NCBI GenBank assembly: GCA_944386135.1
Contig: CALWZW010000005.1
Coordinates: forward strand, 11,429 to 75,428
Reading direction: 5' to 3'
Source of the DNA: an uncultured Clostridia bacterium
GTDB lineage: Bacteria; Bacillota; Clostridia; TANB77; CAG-508
Length of the DNA: 64,000 nucleotides
How positions within the stretch are numbered: position 1 is the stretch's first letter; each line of letters begins with the position of its first letter. Below the pieces are notes generated by a model. The model was not told where the DNA came from, searched no databases, and was given only the letters and a program-made list of their open reading frames with translations. The position numbers and the translations under genes are program-made. This document shows positions 43,510 through 54,507 of this stretch, piece by piece.

Positions 43510-43586
43510 AGACGAATAGTAGAAGATGAAAAATGTAATAAACAAGCCATAAGAAGAATATATATTTCTTTGAGGGGGTATTACAG

Positions 43587-43688
43587 ATGAAAAAGTTTAT
43601 TACATTTATATTAGTCTTAGGCTTTAGTTTTTGCATAATTAATGTTGTTTTACTTATTAGCTTTTTTAATATTTTATCGAGCATGTAA
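43587..43688 (+). CDS. 33-aa hydrophobic peptide
   Basis: RBS GAGGGGG; MKKFITFILVLGFSFCIINVVLLISFFNILSSM*. Confidence 0.45.
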   Translation: MKKFITFILVLGFSFCIINVVLLISFFNILSSM

Positions 43689-43704
43689 GGAAGGAACAAA
43701 AATA

Positions 43705-44568
43705 ATGGAGATAGCAAAAAATTGGAAAGATTATGAAATAATAGACATGGCAAATGGAGAAAAACTAGAAAGATGGAAAGATATTATTTTAGTTAGACCT
43801 GACCCACAAATAATATGGAAATGTAAGGAAAATCCTGAAGAATGGAAAAGGCAAAATGCAAGATATATAAGGAGCAAAACAGGAGGAGGAGCTTGGGAAT
43901 ATAAAAAAGCTCTTCCAAAATCTTGGCAAATAAAATATAAAAACCTTACATTTAATATTAAACCTATGGGATTTAAACATACTGGGCTATTTCCTGAACA
44001 AGCAGTTAATTGGGATTGGATGATAGATAAGATAAAATCAGCAAAAAGAGAGATAAACGTTTTGAATTTATTTGCATATACAGGAGGAGCAACAGTAGCT
44101 TGTTTAAGTGCTGGAGCAAAAGTATGCCATGTAGATAGTTCAAAAGGCATGGTATCTTGGGCTAAAGAAAATGTAGAAGCATCTGGACTTGCAAATAGAC
44201 CAGTAAGATACATAGTAGATGATGTAGTAAAATTCGTAAATCGTGAAATTAGAAGAGGGAACAAATACGATGCAATAATAATGGATCCACCATCTTATGG
44301 AAGAGGAGCAAACGGCGAAGTATGGCAATTTGAAAACAATATTTATGACTTAGTAGAACTATGCTCAAATGTATTATCAGACAAGCCATTATTCTTCTTA
44401 ATAAACTCATATACAACAGGAATATCAAGCAAAGTGTTAGAAAATATACTAAATCTAACTATTGCAAAAAAACATACAGGAAAAACATATTCAGGCGAAA
44501 TAGGACTGCCAATGAGCAAATCAAAACTTGTGCTCCCATGTGGGATATACGGAAGATTTGAGGCATAG
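43705..44568 (+). CDS. Class I SAM-dependent methyltransferase (RlmI/RlmK-like)
   Basis: HTGLFPEQ, VLNLFAYTGG, MDPPSYG. Confidence 0.85.
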   Translation: MEIAKNWKDYEIIDMANGEKLERWKDIILVRPDPQIIWKCKENPEEWKRQNARYIRSKTGGGAWEYKKALPKSWQIKYKNLTFNIKPMGFKHTGLFPEQAVNWDWMIDKIKSAKREINVLNLFAYTGGATVACLSAGAKVCHVDSSKGMVSWAKENVEASGLANRPVRYIVDDVVKFVNREIRRGNKYDAIIMDPPSYGRGANGEVWQFENNIYDLVELCSNVLSDKPLFFLINSYTTGISSKVLENILNLTIAKKHTGKTYSGEIGLPMSKSKLVLPCGIYGRFEA

Positions 44569-44690
44569 TTTGACAAGAATTGCGTTTTGGCGTTGTTGTT
44601 CTACGAAAGAAAATCCTCAACGTGCAAAAAGCACGCCTCCGGTATTTCTTTCTTGAACGCCTAGCCAAAAGCACAATTCTTGCTAAACTA
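44566..44690 (+). repeat. Structured repeat family A, copy 4
   Basis: Core GAAAATCCTCAACGTGCAAAAAGCACGCCTCCGGTATTTC nearly identical to copy 3, within different but self-complementary arms. Confidence 0.75.
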
Positions 44691-44716
44691 AATTTATAAT
44701 AAAGAAAGAGAGAAAA

Positions 44717-45408
44717 ATGCAGAAATTAAATGTAATTTATGAAGATAATCATATTATAGTAGTGGAAAAAATACCAAATATTCCTTCACAGTCAGACAAA
44801 ACAGAAGACATGGACATGCTAAGTATGATAAAAGAATATCTAAAAGAAAAATATAAAAAACCAGGAAATGTATACTTAGCATTAGTACATAGACTTGATA
44901 GACCAGTTCGGTGGAGTAATGGTATTTGCAAAAACTTCAAAAGCAGCAGCAAGACTAAGCGAAGAAGTAAGAGAAAGAAGGGTGCAGAAAGAGTACTTAG
45001 TTGTTGCAGACGGAAAATTCGAAAAAGAAAAAGGCACACTTGAAGATTATTTACTAAAAAATCAGCAAAAGAATACTAGTAAAGTTGTAAAAGAAGGCAC
45101 AAAAGGAGCAAAGCTTGCTAAACTTGATTATGAAGTTTTGAAGTATAATGAGGAAATTAATTTGTCAGTTGTAAGAGTTAAACTTCATACAGGTAGACAT
45201 CATCAAATAAGGGTACAGCTTGCAAATATTTCACATAGCATATATGGAGACCAGAAATATGGCACAAGAGGGAGACGGAAAGCAAATCGCTCTTTGGGCG
45301 TATCGCTTAAGCTTTTATCATCCAGTGACAAAAGAATTAATGACGTTTAAAGTACTTCCAGAAATAAACGGAACATGGAAGATAATAGAAGATTTAGAAA
45401 TAGAATAA
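44717..45408 (+). CDS. RluA-family pseudouridine synthase; two +1 shifts at CGG (44909, 45276)
   Basis: HRLDRPV-G-GVMVFAK, LHTGRHHQIR, GDQKYG, RGR-G-KQIALWA...HP. Confidence 0.88.
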
Positions 45409-45441
45409 ATGTAGATGTAAATATTTATAGAATTAAGTAGA

Positions 45442-45796
45442 TAATCATAATAATTTAAAATTTATTCAATTTGCTTAGGTTTCAACTTTTTGCATAGAAA
45501 TTCTAATTTTCAAAATTGAGCCTCTTTCACTTTGTAAAATTTTACTTCGTAAAATTTACGTGAACATCCCTCAATTTTTCGAATAAGAAAGGCGTGCGTT
45601 AACGAAATCAAAGATTTCGACGCACATATGTGAAGACTGCTTCGCAGTGCTTCACAAATATAGGAAGCCTAACCTTGTTGTATATGGAAAAATCCACATA
45701 AGGTCAAGATAAAAGTCGATTTTTCCTATACAATAAGAATTTCTAACTTAAAAGTTTCACAGACGCAAATTTCATAAATTTTAAATTATTATGATT
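45442..45796. repeat. Structured repeat family B, long copy
   Basis: Terminal arms ATTCAATTTGCTTAGG...CAGACGCAAATTTCATAAATTTT shared with 54508-54705; several internal hairpins. Confidence 0.7.
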
Positions 45797-45921
45797 TTTT
45801 ACAAAATGCGACAAAATATGTCATAACTTACAAAAATAGAAGACTAGGAATAGGGGAGTTTGTTTTGATTTTAGAAACTTCACTCCGATTTCCTAGTCTT
45901 TAATAAATTATTTCATTTTTT

Positions 45922-46530
45922 CTATTTTGCTTCGATGCTGAAAGGCGTATCTGCTCCACCGTCACCTGTTAGACCGACATTAACTTTAGTTAAGTCGATT
46001 TCAACAACTGGGCGAAGTGCATCACTACGACTTCCTTCACTACCATTTGAGCGATACAAATGATATGCATTAATAGTGTTTCCGGTCTACACGAAACTCT
46101 CTATAATCAAACCAATTACTACTATATTCTACACAACGTGATGCAAGCCAATATGCATTTTTAAGATTTATTGTAGTACCAGGCTGATAGCTAAATAACT
46201 CTAAGTAATTTGATGTCATGTATGTTGTTGACAAAGTATATGTATAATATGTTTCTCTTCCTTTAAACGACGCATTACCCGTTGAAGTTCCCGTTACATA
46301 AACGTCTTGGGTACTTAAATCATACATTGTTCCATATGCTCCATTTGGTGCTCCATTTAATTCTTGTTCAAATATACTTGGATAGTTCCTGTACAAAGGG
46401 GTATATTCGGTTAATGTTGCTCCTGAATATGTTGAATGTGCTTCTATATCATCTATATTCAAACTTCTTCCTGTTGCTCCTAAAGAACTATTACTATACA
46501 TTGCTTTACATGCGTTATTTAATAACAATA
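45922..46530 (-). pseudogene. 5'-truncated C-terminal cassette paralogous to the pilin-like gene 59914..61827; contains CGG +1 site (46084-46082)
   Basis: LLLNNACKAMYSN...GRSLNIDDIE...YWLASRCV...VD-G-NTINAYHLYRSN...LRPVVEIDLTKVNVGLTGDG...* at 45922; no RBS or N-terminal domain. Confidence 0.75.
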
Positions 46531-46751
46531 AAATGGGAAAATATAGAGACAAAAATGTTACTTTTTGTTTAAAAGTTTTAATTGAAGTTACAAAAAACAA
46601 CAAAATTTTACAAAACAAATAAAAATATTATATAAAAACAAAAAATAGAAAATTCATGAAGCAAATAAAGTGACTTATAAACATTTTCATTCTATATTAT
46701 TTTTTAATAATAAAATCATCATATAGAAAACTTGACCTAAGGAGAAATCTA

Positions 46752-47381
46752 TTGATGATAGATAAAATACTAGATAATATTTGTGAAAAAATTAATGTAA
46801 AAATAAAAAAAGAAATGCCTAACATTGATGATGAAAGAATAGAGATAATTGATTATGGGCTAAAAATGATAATAGGAGAAGTGCCAAAATTAATTATAAT
46901 GCTTCTTATAGCATATTTCTTAGGTGTTTTACCTTTAACAATATTATCGTATATAATTCTTCTACCATATGCAATATTTGCAGGTGGAGCGCATGCTAAA
47001 AGCCACATAGGATGTATAATAGCAACTCCAACTATATATTGCGGAGGTGTAATCTTAAGTCAGAATTTATTTCAAGAAATGAATTTAGAAAAATATTTAT
47101 TAACTCTTGCAGTATGGATATTTGGAATGACTATGTGTATAATTTATGCACCAGCAGATACAGAAAGTGTACCAATATTAAGAAAAGAAGAAAGAAAATT
47201 CAAAAAAATTATGGCATGTGTAACATTGACTATAAGTTTAATAGTTTCAGTTTTTCTAAATAATATTGTAATATCAAATATATTAGTATTTGGATGTTTG
47301 ATACGTTCAATAATGATGACAAGACCTATGTATATAGTGTTTAACAATAAATATGGACATGAAGTATATGCTCAAAACTAA
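46752..47381 (+). CDS. agrB: Accessory gene regulator B (AIP-processing membrane peptidase)
   Basis: IIDYGL, AGGAHAKSHIGC, YAPADT motifs. Confidence 0.9.
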   Translation: MMIDKILDNICEKINVKIKKEMPNIDDERIEIIDYGLKMIIGEVPKLIIMLLIAYFLGVLPLTILSYIILLPYAIFAGGAHAKSHIGCIIATPTIYCGGVILSQNLFQEMNLEKYLLTLAVWIFGMTMCIIYAPADTESVPILRKEERKFKKIMACVTLTISLIVSVFLNNIVISNILVFGCLIRSIMMTRPMYIVFNNKYGHEVYAQN

Positions 47382-47459
47382 TTTTAGTTTAATACAAGAT
47401 AAAAAAGCCGGCGTTTATCTTGTGTTATATAAAATTTTACAAAAGAAAGGGGCCTGTGT

Positions 47460-47579
47460 ATGGTAAAAACTTTAGCAAAAATGGCAGAAAAAACTGCAAA
47501 ATCAGCTAATGCATCTTGTTGGATTTTTGGAGCATTTCATCAACCTAAAATGCCAGCTGCATTAATTAAAAAAGATTAA
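47460..47579 (+). CDS. agrD: Cyclic autoinducing peptide precursor AgrD (39 aa, not in ORF track)
   Basis: MVKTLAKMAEKTAKSANASCWIFGAFHQPKMPAALIKKD*, directly after agrB; RBS GAAAGGGG. Confidence 0.88.
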   Translation: MVKTLAKMAEKTAKSANASCWIFGAFHQPKMPAALIKKD

Positions 47580-47666
47580 AATTTACAATCTAATTATAAG
47601 ATTAATATAATATTTCCTTAAATGATAGTTAAAAGGCTATCAAAAAATAATATAAAGTTACAAATA

Positions 47667-47707
47667 TACATAAATAGAAGTGCCTTTTAGGCACTTCTAT
47701 TTATGTA
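47667..47707. terminator. Bidirectional terminator between agrD and agrC
   Basis: TACATAAATAGAAGTGCC...GGCACTTCTATTTATGTA. Confidence 0.75.
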
Positions 47708-47712
47708 ATCTT

Positions 47713-49083
47713 CTATTTTACAAAAATTTCTAAATCTTGTATAAATAATTCTTTGGTCTTTGTTGTAAATAAGTTTAAGTTATCAGATTTGTTAAGTATT
47801 TTGTTTACTTCCCATAGACCAAGACCATGTGAACCCTTTTCTTCAGTTTTAGATGTAAAACCTTTTTCACGTGTTCTATCAATGTTTATATCCTTATTTG
47901 AATAACTATTTTTAATAGAAATTACATATTTTGTAAATTTAGTATTTTCAAAAGGACCAGTTACTTCAAAGAAAATTTCTTTTTCAACTGAATTTTTAGC
48001 AGCTTCTACAGCATTATCTAGAAGTATTCCTAAAATTCTTGTAAGAATATAAGGAGACACTGGAATTTTATCAAAGTGAGGCTTTATGCTAACATTAAAA
48101 TTTACATTTTCCTGTTCTGCTAAAAGATATTTTGATGCAATTAAACTGTATAAAGCAGGGTCATTTATTAAAGATGGGTCTAATGCAGCTAAATTGTTTA
48201 GATTATCATATTCTTTGTTAACGCTCTTATAATATTTTTCCAAACCCTTCATATCATCATTTGCAATATAACCTGCAATTGATTGCATTATATTACTGAA
48301 ATCATGTTTAATTATTCTCATATTATCATGTAAAAGTTGTAAAGTTTTGTTATATAACTGTGCTTCTTCTAATGATTGGTTTGTTACTTCTAATTTGGTA
48401 GTTTTAAATAAACTAAAAATACTAATGCAGAAATATATTACTAGTGAGATAATGCCTAAAAGAGTAACTAAAAATGGTAAAGTTTCCATATAAAACATAA
48501 TAATATAAATTTGCATAGCTATTGCAATAATTGCAAATATAAAATTTAATATTAGTATGAATTTATTTTTTCTACTCATATTTTCAATTAAAATAATATT
48601 TAACTTAAAATGTTTTATTAGTCTATAAATCAAATAAGTTGATAAATATATAAGTATAGTTATGAACAATCTTGTTATAGGAATGAGATATAAATCTTCA
48701 TAGCTAAGATTAAAAAGTATCATAAAAATCTTGCAAAATATAGTTTCCAAAACAACAATAAGTATTTTAGGAATGAATTCTGCAATAATACCTTTTAAGA
48801 TACTACATTTAAAAACATAAATAATTAAAATAAAGTCTGCAATCATATTTAAGTAAACACTATAAGGCTTATCTAAAAATGTACTAGATAAGCAAGAAAC
48901 AAAGCATAAAGATAGTACATAAATAACAAATTGCTTTTTGGTATATTTGATGTTTAATATTTGTGTAAAAAGTAATGCAAATACTATTGCTTCAATAAAA
49001 ATAAATGGTATTCCCCACTTATTAAATATTATTCCCATCAAACCTTCATTAGGCGTTGTGAGCATAGTCCAAATTCTTTCCAT
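47713..49083 (-). CDS. agrC: AgrC-like GHKL sensor histidine kinase
   Basis: Multiple TMs, KHDFSN H-box, ILLDNAVEA, GFTSK...GLGL. Confidence 0.88.
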   Translation of the reverse strand: MERIWTMLTTPNEGLMGIIFNKWGIPFIFIEAIVFALLFTQILNIKYTKKQFVIYVLSLCFVSCLSSTFLDKPYSVYLNMIADFILIIYVFKCSILKGIIAEFIPKILIVVLETIFCKIFMILFNLSYEDLYLIPITRLFITILIYLSTYLIYRLIKHFKLNIILIENMSRKNKFILILNFIFAIIAIAMQIYIIMFYMETLPFLVTLLGIISLVIYFCISIFSLFKTTKLEVTNQSLEEAQLYNKTLQLLHDNMRIIKHDFSNIMQSIAGYIANDDMKGLEKYYKSVNKEYDNLNNLAALDPSLINDPALYSLIASKYLLAEQENVNFNVSIKPHFDKIPVSPYILTRILGILLDNAVEAAKNSVEKEIFFEVTGPFENTKFTKYVISIKNSYSNKDINIDRTREKGFTSKTEEKGSHGLGLWEVNKILNKSDNLNLFTTKTKELFIQDLEIFVK

Positions 49084-49774
49084 TATTAATCACCTCCATA
49101 AAATTATCTTTATATTTTGGACCAATATAACACTTGGTATTTTCATCAAAGAAAAGTGTGTTAGTACTAGTCTCAATATGGCTAATATTATTGACATTTG
49201 CAATGTAAGATTTATGACATCTTACAAAATTCTTTGGTAATTTTTGTGAGACTTTATTAAATGAACTATAAGTCTCATAAGTTTTGTTGTTGGTTTTGAA
49301 AACTAATTTCATACCATCTCTTTTAATGTAATAAATATCGTTTTGGTTAATATAAGTTTTACTGTTTAAAGAAATAAAGTTACTTGTAGAAAAGTTAATA
49401 TCATCAAATAACCTAATTAATGTCTTTTCTAATCTTTCAGAGGTGATAGGTTTCGGTAAATAATCAAAAGCTTTAACTTGAAAAGCTAAAAATGCATATT
49501 CTAAATGACCAGTTGTAAAAATGAAATAAATATTCTTATTAGTACTTCTAATTTGTTCAGCTATATCTATTCCATTTACATCAGACTTAAGTTGAATATC
49601 TAAGAATAATACATCTGCCTTATTCTCCCTCATATAGTCTAAAACCTCTGAAATTTTAGTAGACTTGAAGCCAACTTTTGCATTAAAGTCATTTTTCAAA
49701 ATGATCTTATTTAAAGTTTTTTCTAAATTGTTCAAAAACGATAAATTATCATCGCATAGTACAAAATTTAACAT
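49049..49774 (-). CDS. agrA: LytTR-family response regulator (AgrA-like)
   Basis: LCDD, FLDIQL, DYLPKP, FVRCHKSYIAN. Confidence 0.9.
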   Translation of the reverse strand: MLNFVLCDDNLSFLNNLEKTLNKIILKNDFNAKVGFKSTKISEVLDYMRENKADVLFLDIQLKSDVNGIDIAEQIRSTNKNIYFIFTTGHLEYAFLAFQVKAFDYLPKPITSERLEKTLIRLFDDINFSTSNFISLNSKTYINQNDIYYIKRDGMKLVFKTNNKTYETYSSFNKVSQKLPKNFVRCHKSYIANVNNISHIETSTNTLFFDENTKCYIGPKYKDNFMEVINNGKNLDYAHNA

Positions 49775-50138
49775 TATTTTACCTCCGTCTAAAAAAATTT
49801 AAGGAAAAAGCGAAATTGTAAAATCCTAAATTATAGAAGATTAGATTTTATAATATTCGCGTATTTCTATTCTATAAAAAGAATAAGAAAATGCTAAAAC
49901 CATTTACTGCACTTCTATAGAACAGAAAAAATTGGTATAAAAATTTACAAATTATTACAATTTTTTATACCAAAAATAATATTAAAACAAAATACTGATA
50001 TTGTCAATGAACTATAAGCAAAAAATATTGACTTTTATTACTTTAAAAAGTATAATGAAAGTACTATTAACAAAAATTAGAATTAATGATAAAATTAGGT
50101 AGGATGTTACTCTTTTAGAAGAAGGGAAAAGATATAGC

Positions 50139-50930
50139 GTGAAAGATATAAAAATCATTGTGGCAACACATAAGGAATATAAAATGCCAAAAGATAGTAT
50201 GTATATTCCTGTACATGTAGGAAAAGAATTAAAAAACGAGAACTTGGGATATCAAGGAGATAATGTTGGAGAAAACATATCTCTAAAGAATCCTTATTTT
50301 TGCGAGTTAACAGGTCTGTATTGGGCATGGAAAAATTTAGATGCAGACTATATAGGACTTGTTCACTATAGAAGATATTTTACAAAAAAGAAACATATAC
50401 CAAGAGACATAGATTCAAGAATTGAAAGTGTGTTAACAAAAGAAGAAGCAAATGAGTTATTAAAAGATACTGATATTGTTCTTGCTAAAAAAAGAAGATA
50501 TTATATAGAAACAATTTATTCTCATTATAAACATACAATGTACATAGAACCACTAGATGAAACAAGGAAAATATTAAGTGAAATGTATCCAGAATATCTT
50601 GAAGAATTTGATAATCTTCACAAAAGAACATCAGCTCACATGTTTAATATGTTTATAATGAAAAAAGAAATATTAGATGAATATTGCACATGGTTATTCA
50701 ATATTTTATTTGAACTAGAAAAAAGAGTAGACGCAACTAAGTATGATGACTTCCATGCAAGATTTTTTGGTAGAATTTCTGAAGTTTTACTAAATGTATG
50801 GATAAACAAAAGCAAACTAGATTATAAAGAAGTAAATGTATTAGATATAGAAAAAATAAATTGGATAAAAAAAGGAATGTCATTTTTAATGGCAAAATTT
50901 GCAGGAAAGAAATATAGAAAGAGTTTTTAG
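50139..50930 (+). CDS. DUF4422 glycosyltransferase (probable galactofuranosyltransferase)
   Basis: IIVATHK, GDNVGENISLKNPYFCELTG, GLVHYRRYF, FNMFIM. Confidence 0.85.
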   Translation: MKDIKIIVATHKEYKMPKDSMYIPVHVGKELKNENLGYQGDNVGENISLKNPYFCELTGLYWAWKNLDADYIGLVHYRRYFTKKKHIPRDIDSRIESVLTKEEANELLKDTDIVLAKKRRYYIETIYSHYKHTMYIEPLDETRKILSEMYPEYLEEFDNLHKRTSAHMFNMFIMKKEILDEYCTWLFNILFELEKRVDATKYDDFHARFFGRISEVLLNVWINKSKLDYKEVNVLDIEKINWIKKGMSFLMAKFAGKKYRKSF

Positions 50931-50935
50931 GAGAC

Positions 50936-51940
50936 ATGGAAGATTTAATAACTATTATAATACCAATATATAATGTAGAAAAATACTTAAGAGAGTGTCT
51001 AGATAGCGTAATTAATCAAACATATAAGAAATTACAAATAATACTTATAGATGATGGTTCAAATGATAATTCAGGAAAAATATGTGATGAATATAAAGAA
51101 AAAGACAATAGAATAGAAGTTATGCATAAAGCAAACGGAGGCGTAAGTTCAGCTAGAAATGCAGGACTTAAAATTGCAAAAGGAGACTACATTACATTTG
51201 TAGATGGAGATGATTATTTAGATAAAGACTATTGCGAAAAGTTACTAAGAAAATTAAAAGAAAATGATGTAGAATGTGTTATTTGTGGATATAACAGATT
51301 ATACGAAAAAAACTTAGAAGTAGTAACGAAAGGTGAAAATCTAAGAATAACTAATAAAGAATTTTTAGATAACATTTTGAATGTACAAGGTGGAGCAGGA
51401 ATTGCATGTGCAAAACTTTGGAAGAAAAATGCAGTAATAAATATAAAATTCAATGAAGAAATAAAAATTGCAGAAGATTCACTTTTTGGTATTCAAGCGG
51501 CAAAAAATGTCAATAATGTATATATATTAAATGAAGCATTATATAATTATAGGTTTAATAAAAATTCAGCTGTTAGAAGATATAATAAAGATTTTGCGAA
51601 TATTTGCTTAAAATCTATGAAAGCAGCAAAAGAATACATTGAAAAAGAATATGCAAATGATGAAAGTGTTATAAAAAAATTTAATAACTATATAGCATAT
51701 CATATTTTACTTATATCAGTAAATTATTGCTTTAATAAAGAAAATAGTCTAAATTGGATAGAACAGATTAGAAGTTTAAAAGAAGTAGTAAGTATACCAG
51801 AATATAAAGAAGGGGTAAAAAAATCAAATTACGAAGGACTTTCTTTGACAAGAAAAATAACATTATTTACAATAAAACATAAATTATATTTTATAACAAT
51901 GCTAATTGGAAAAATAAGACAAGCACAATTTAAAAGATGA
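50936..51940 (+). CDS. Glycosyltransferase family 2
   Basis: IIIPIYNVEKYL, DDGSND, ARNAGL, FVDGDD. Confidence 0.92.
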   Translation: MEDLITIIIPIYNVEKYLRECLDSVINQTYKKLQIILIDDGSNDNSGKICDEYKEKDNRIEVMHKANGGVSSARNAGLKIAKGDYITFVDGDDYLDKDYCEKLLRKLKENDVECVICGYNRLYEKNLEVVTKGENLRITNKEFLDNILNVQGGAGIACAKLWKKNAVINIKFNEEIKIAEDSLFGIQAAKNVNNVYILNEALYNYRFNKNSAVRRYNKDFANICLKSMKAAKEYIEKEYANDESVIKKFNNYIAYHILLISVNYCFNKENSLNWIEQIRSLKEVVSIPEYKEGVKKSNYEGLSLTRKITLFTIKHKLYFITMLIGKIRQAQFKR

Positions 51941-52001
51941 AAGGGAAAATTAAGTTCTGAGCATATTCAGAATAGATACTGTAACTTATGAGGGAGAGAG
52001 A

Positions 52002-54504
52002 ATGTTAATTTACATATTACTACTATGTTTTATATTAATGTTAATAGGTTCATATTTCTTATTTAAAAAAGAAATTATGCATCCAGTAATAATATTTATT
52101 GCAATGTACACATTCAGTGTACTTTGTGCTGTATGTAATATTGACAATTGGGGAATAGAAATGTCAAAAATGACATTTATAATATTATTACTTGGAGCAG
52201 TTGAATTTGTTTTAGTTTCATATATTACACAAAAAATATATATGAAGAAAACAAAATATAAAGAAATAAAACCAAAAATGAGAAAAATAGAAGTTCCAAG
52301 ATTAATAATCTATGCAATAATTATCTTCTCAATAATTGTAATATGCTTGCAACTTCTAGTAGTGCTTGATATAGCATCTAGGTATGGAGAATTTACAGGA
52401 CTATCAGATGCATTAACAATATACAAAGACCATACTTCATATAGTAAAGACGTTGACTTACCAAGCTATTTAACAATAATGCAATGTGGAGTTATAGCAG
52501 GCGCATTTTCTATAACATTAATATTTATAAACAATTTGTTAGTAGAAAAAGATAATAAATTAAAATATATAAGAAACAATATTTGTTATTTATTACCAGC
52601 AATATTATTTGTGATATCTTATCTAGTTCAATCTAATAGAGGTATGATAATAGATTTTGTTGTAAGCATGCTTACAATAGGTATACTTTTATGGATTCAA
52701 AAATATGCGTGGAAAAAACATGTAAAAATAAAAACAATAATTACAATAGGTATTATTGGAGTGATAGGATTAATAATATTCTATTATAGTGCTACATTGA
52801 TTGGAAGAATTAATACAAAAGGAATGTTTGACTACATCACATATTATTGTGGAGGCTCAATAGAATGTTTCAATCAATATGTAAAAAATGAGAAGCAAAT
52901 AAAAATGGTAAGGGGAGAAGAAACGTTTTATAGCCTTATCTTAAACCTAGATTCTCTTGGATTAACAGACTATAATTTAGGAGAAAGAGAATCTGGACAC
53001 TTAGAGTTTATCTATTATGAAGATGAAATGGTAGGTAATATTTATACAGCATATAGAAGATGGATGAACGATTTTGGAATACTTGGAATAATAATTTTTC
53101 AAGGAATTATGTCAGCATTTTTCACAATATTGTACTGCAAAACAAAATACAATAGTGGAAAATTGGGAAATTTATGGATATTAATCTATGGATACCTTTC
53201 ATATACAATATATATGCACCCAATGGATGGATACCTATATTTCGAAGTATTAAGCAAAGCGGGAATTGCTAGACTTGTATCAGTTATAGCACTATATATA
53301 ATTTTAGAAAACTGGAATAATATAATAAATTATTTAAAAGAAAAATTAAAGAAATATAAAAAAGAAAATCCAGAAGAACAAAAAGAAGAACAAAAGAAAA
53401 TATTAGTATTTGGGATAACAGAAAATCCAGGCGGAGTAGAAAGTGTAATAATGAACTATTACAGAAATATAGATAGAGAAAAAGTACATTTTGATTTTCT
53501 ATGTAATAGTGAAATTGTCTCTTATGAAGATGAAATTTTAAGTTTAGGTGGAAAAATATTTAAGGTTACAGCAAGGAGCAAAGATTACAAGAAGTATAAG
53601 GAAGATATGAAAAACTTCTTTGAGAATAATGCAAAAGAGTATTCAGCAATATGGGTAAATGTATGTAGCTTAGCCAACATCGACTATTTAAAATATGCAA
53701 AAAGATATGGCATAAAGAGGAGAATTATACACAGTCATAATTCTAGAAATATGGATAGCTTTTTAAGAGGAATGCTTCATAGATTAAATAAATTTATAAT
53801 AGATGAATACGCTACAGATTTTTGGGCTTGCTCAGAAGACGCAGGAAAGTGGTTCTATTGTAGGAACATAAGAAATAGTGATAAGTTTTTAATAGTAAAT
53901 AATGCCATAGATATAGAAAAATATAAGTATAATCCAATAATAAGAGAAGAGTATAGAGCAAAAATGGGGCTTCAAGATAAATTTGTGGTTCGGAAATATT
54001 GGAAGACTACATTTTCAGAAAAATCAAATATTTTTGCTTGATATTTTTAAAGAAATTTGCAAAATAAATGAAAATTCTTGCCTACTAATTGGAGGACAAG
54101 GTGAGGAAGAGGAAAAATTAAAGGCAAAGGCAAAAGAGCTTGAAATAGAAGATAAGGTTAAATTTTTAGGAATGGTAGATAATGTATCTGAAGTTTTACA
54201 AGCAATGGATGCGTTTGTATTTCCTTCGTTATTTGAGGGCTTAGCAGTAGTTTTGATAGAGGCACAGGCATCAGGACTCCAAGTGTTTGCGTCAAGTGAC
54301 GTAATGCCAAAGTCAGCAAAAATGTCAAAGTATTTCGAGTTTATACCACTTCTAAATGATGAAAAAGAATGGGCAGAAATTATAGTTAATAGCTGTAAAA
54401 ATTGTGAAACAGCTAGAGATAATAGAAAAAATGATATAGCAGAAAATGGGTTTGATATAAAGGTTGAAGCAAAAAAGCTTGAAAACATATTACTTGAAAA
54501 ATAG
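52002..54504 (+). CDS. Wzy-like polysaccharide polymerase fused to a GT4 (EpsF-like) glycosyltransferase; +1 shift at CGG (53991)
   Basis: Polytopic N-terminus with GNIYTAYR...DFG; then GGVES, IIHSHN, NAID, KFVV-G-NIGRLHFQKNQ, PSLFEGL...EAQASG. Confidence 0.8.
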
Positions 54505-54507
54505 CAA

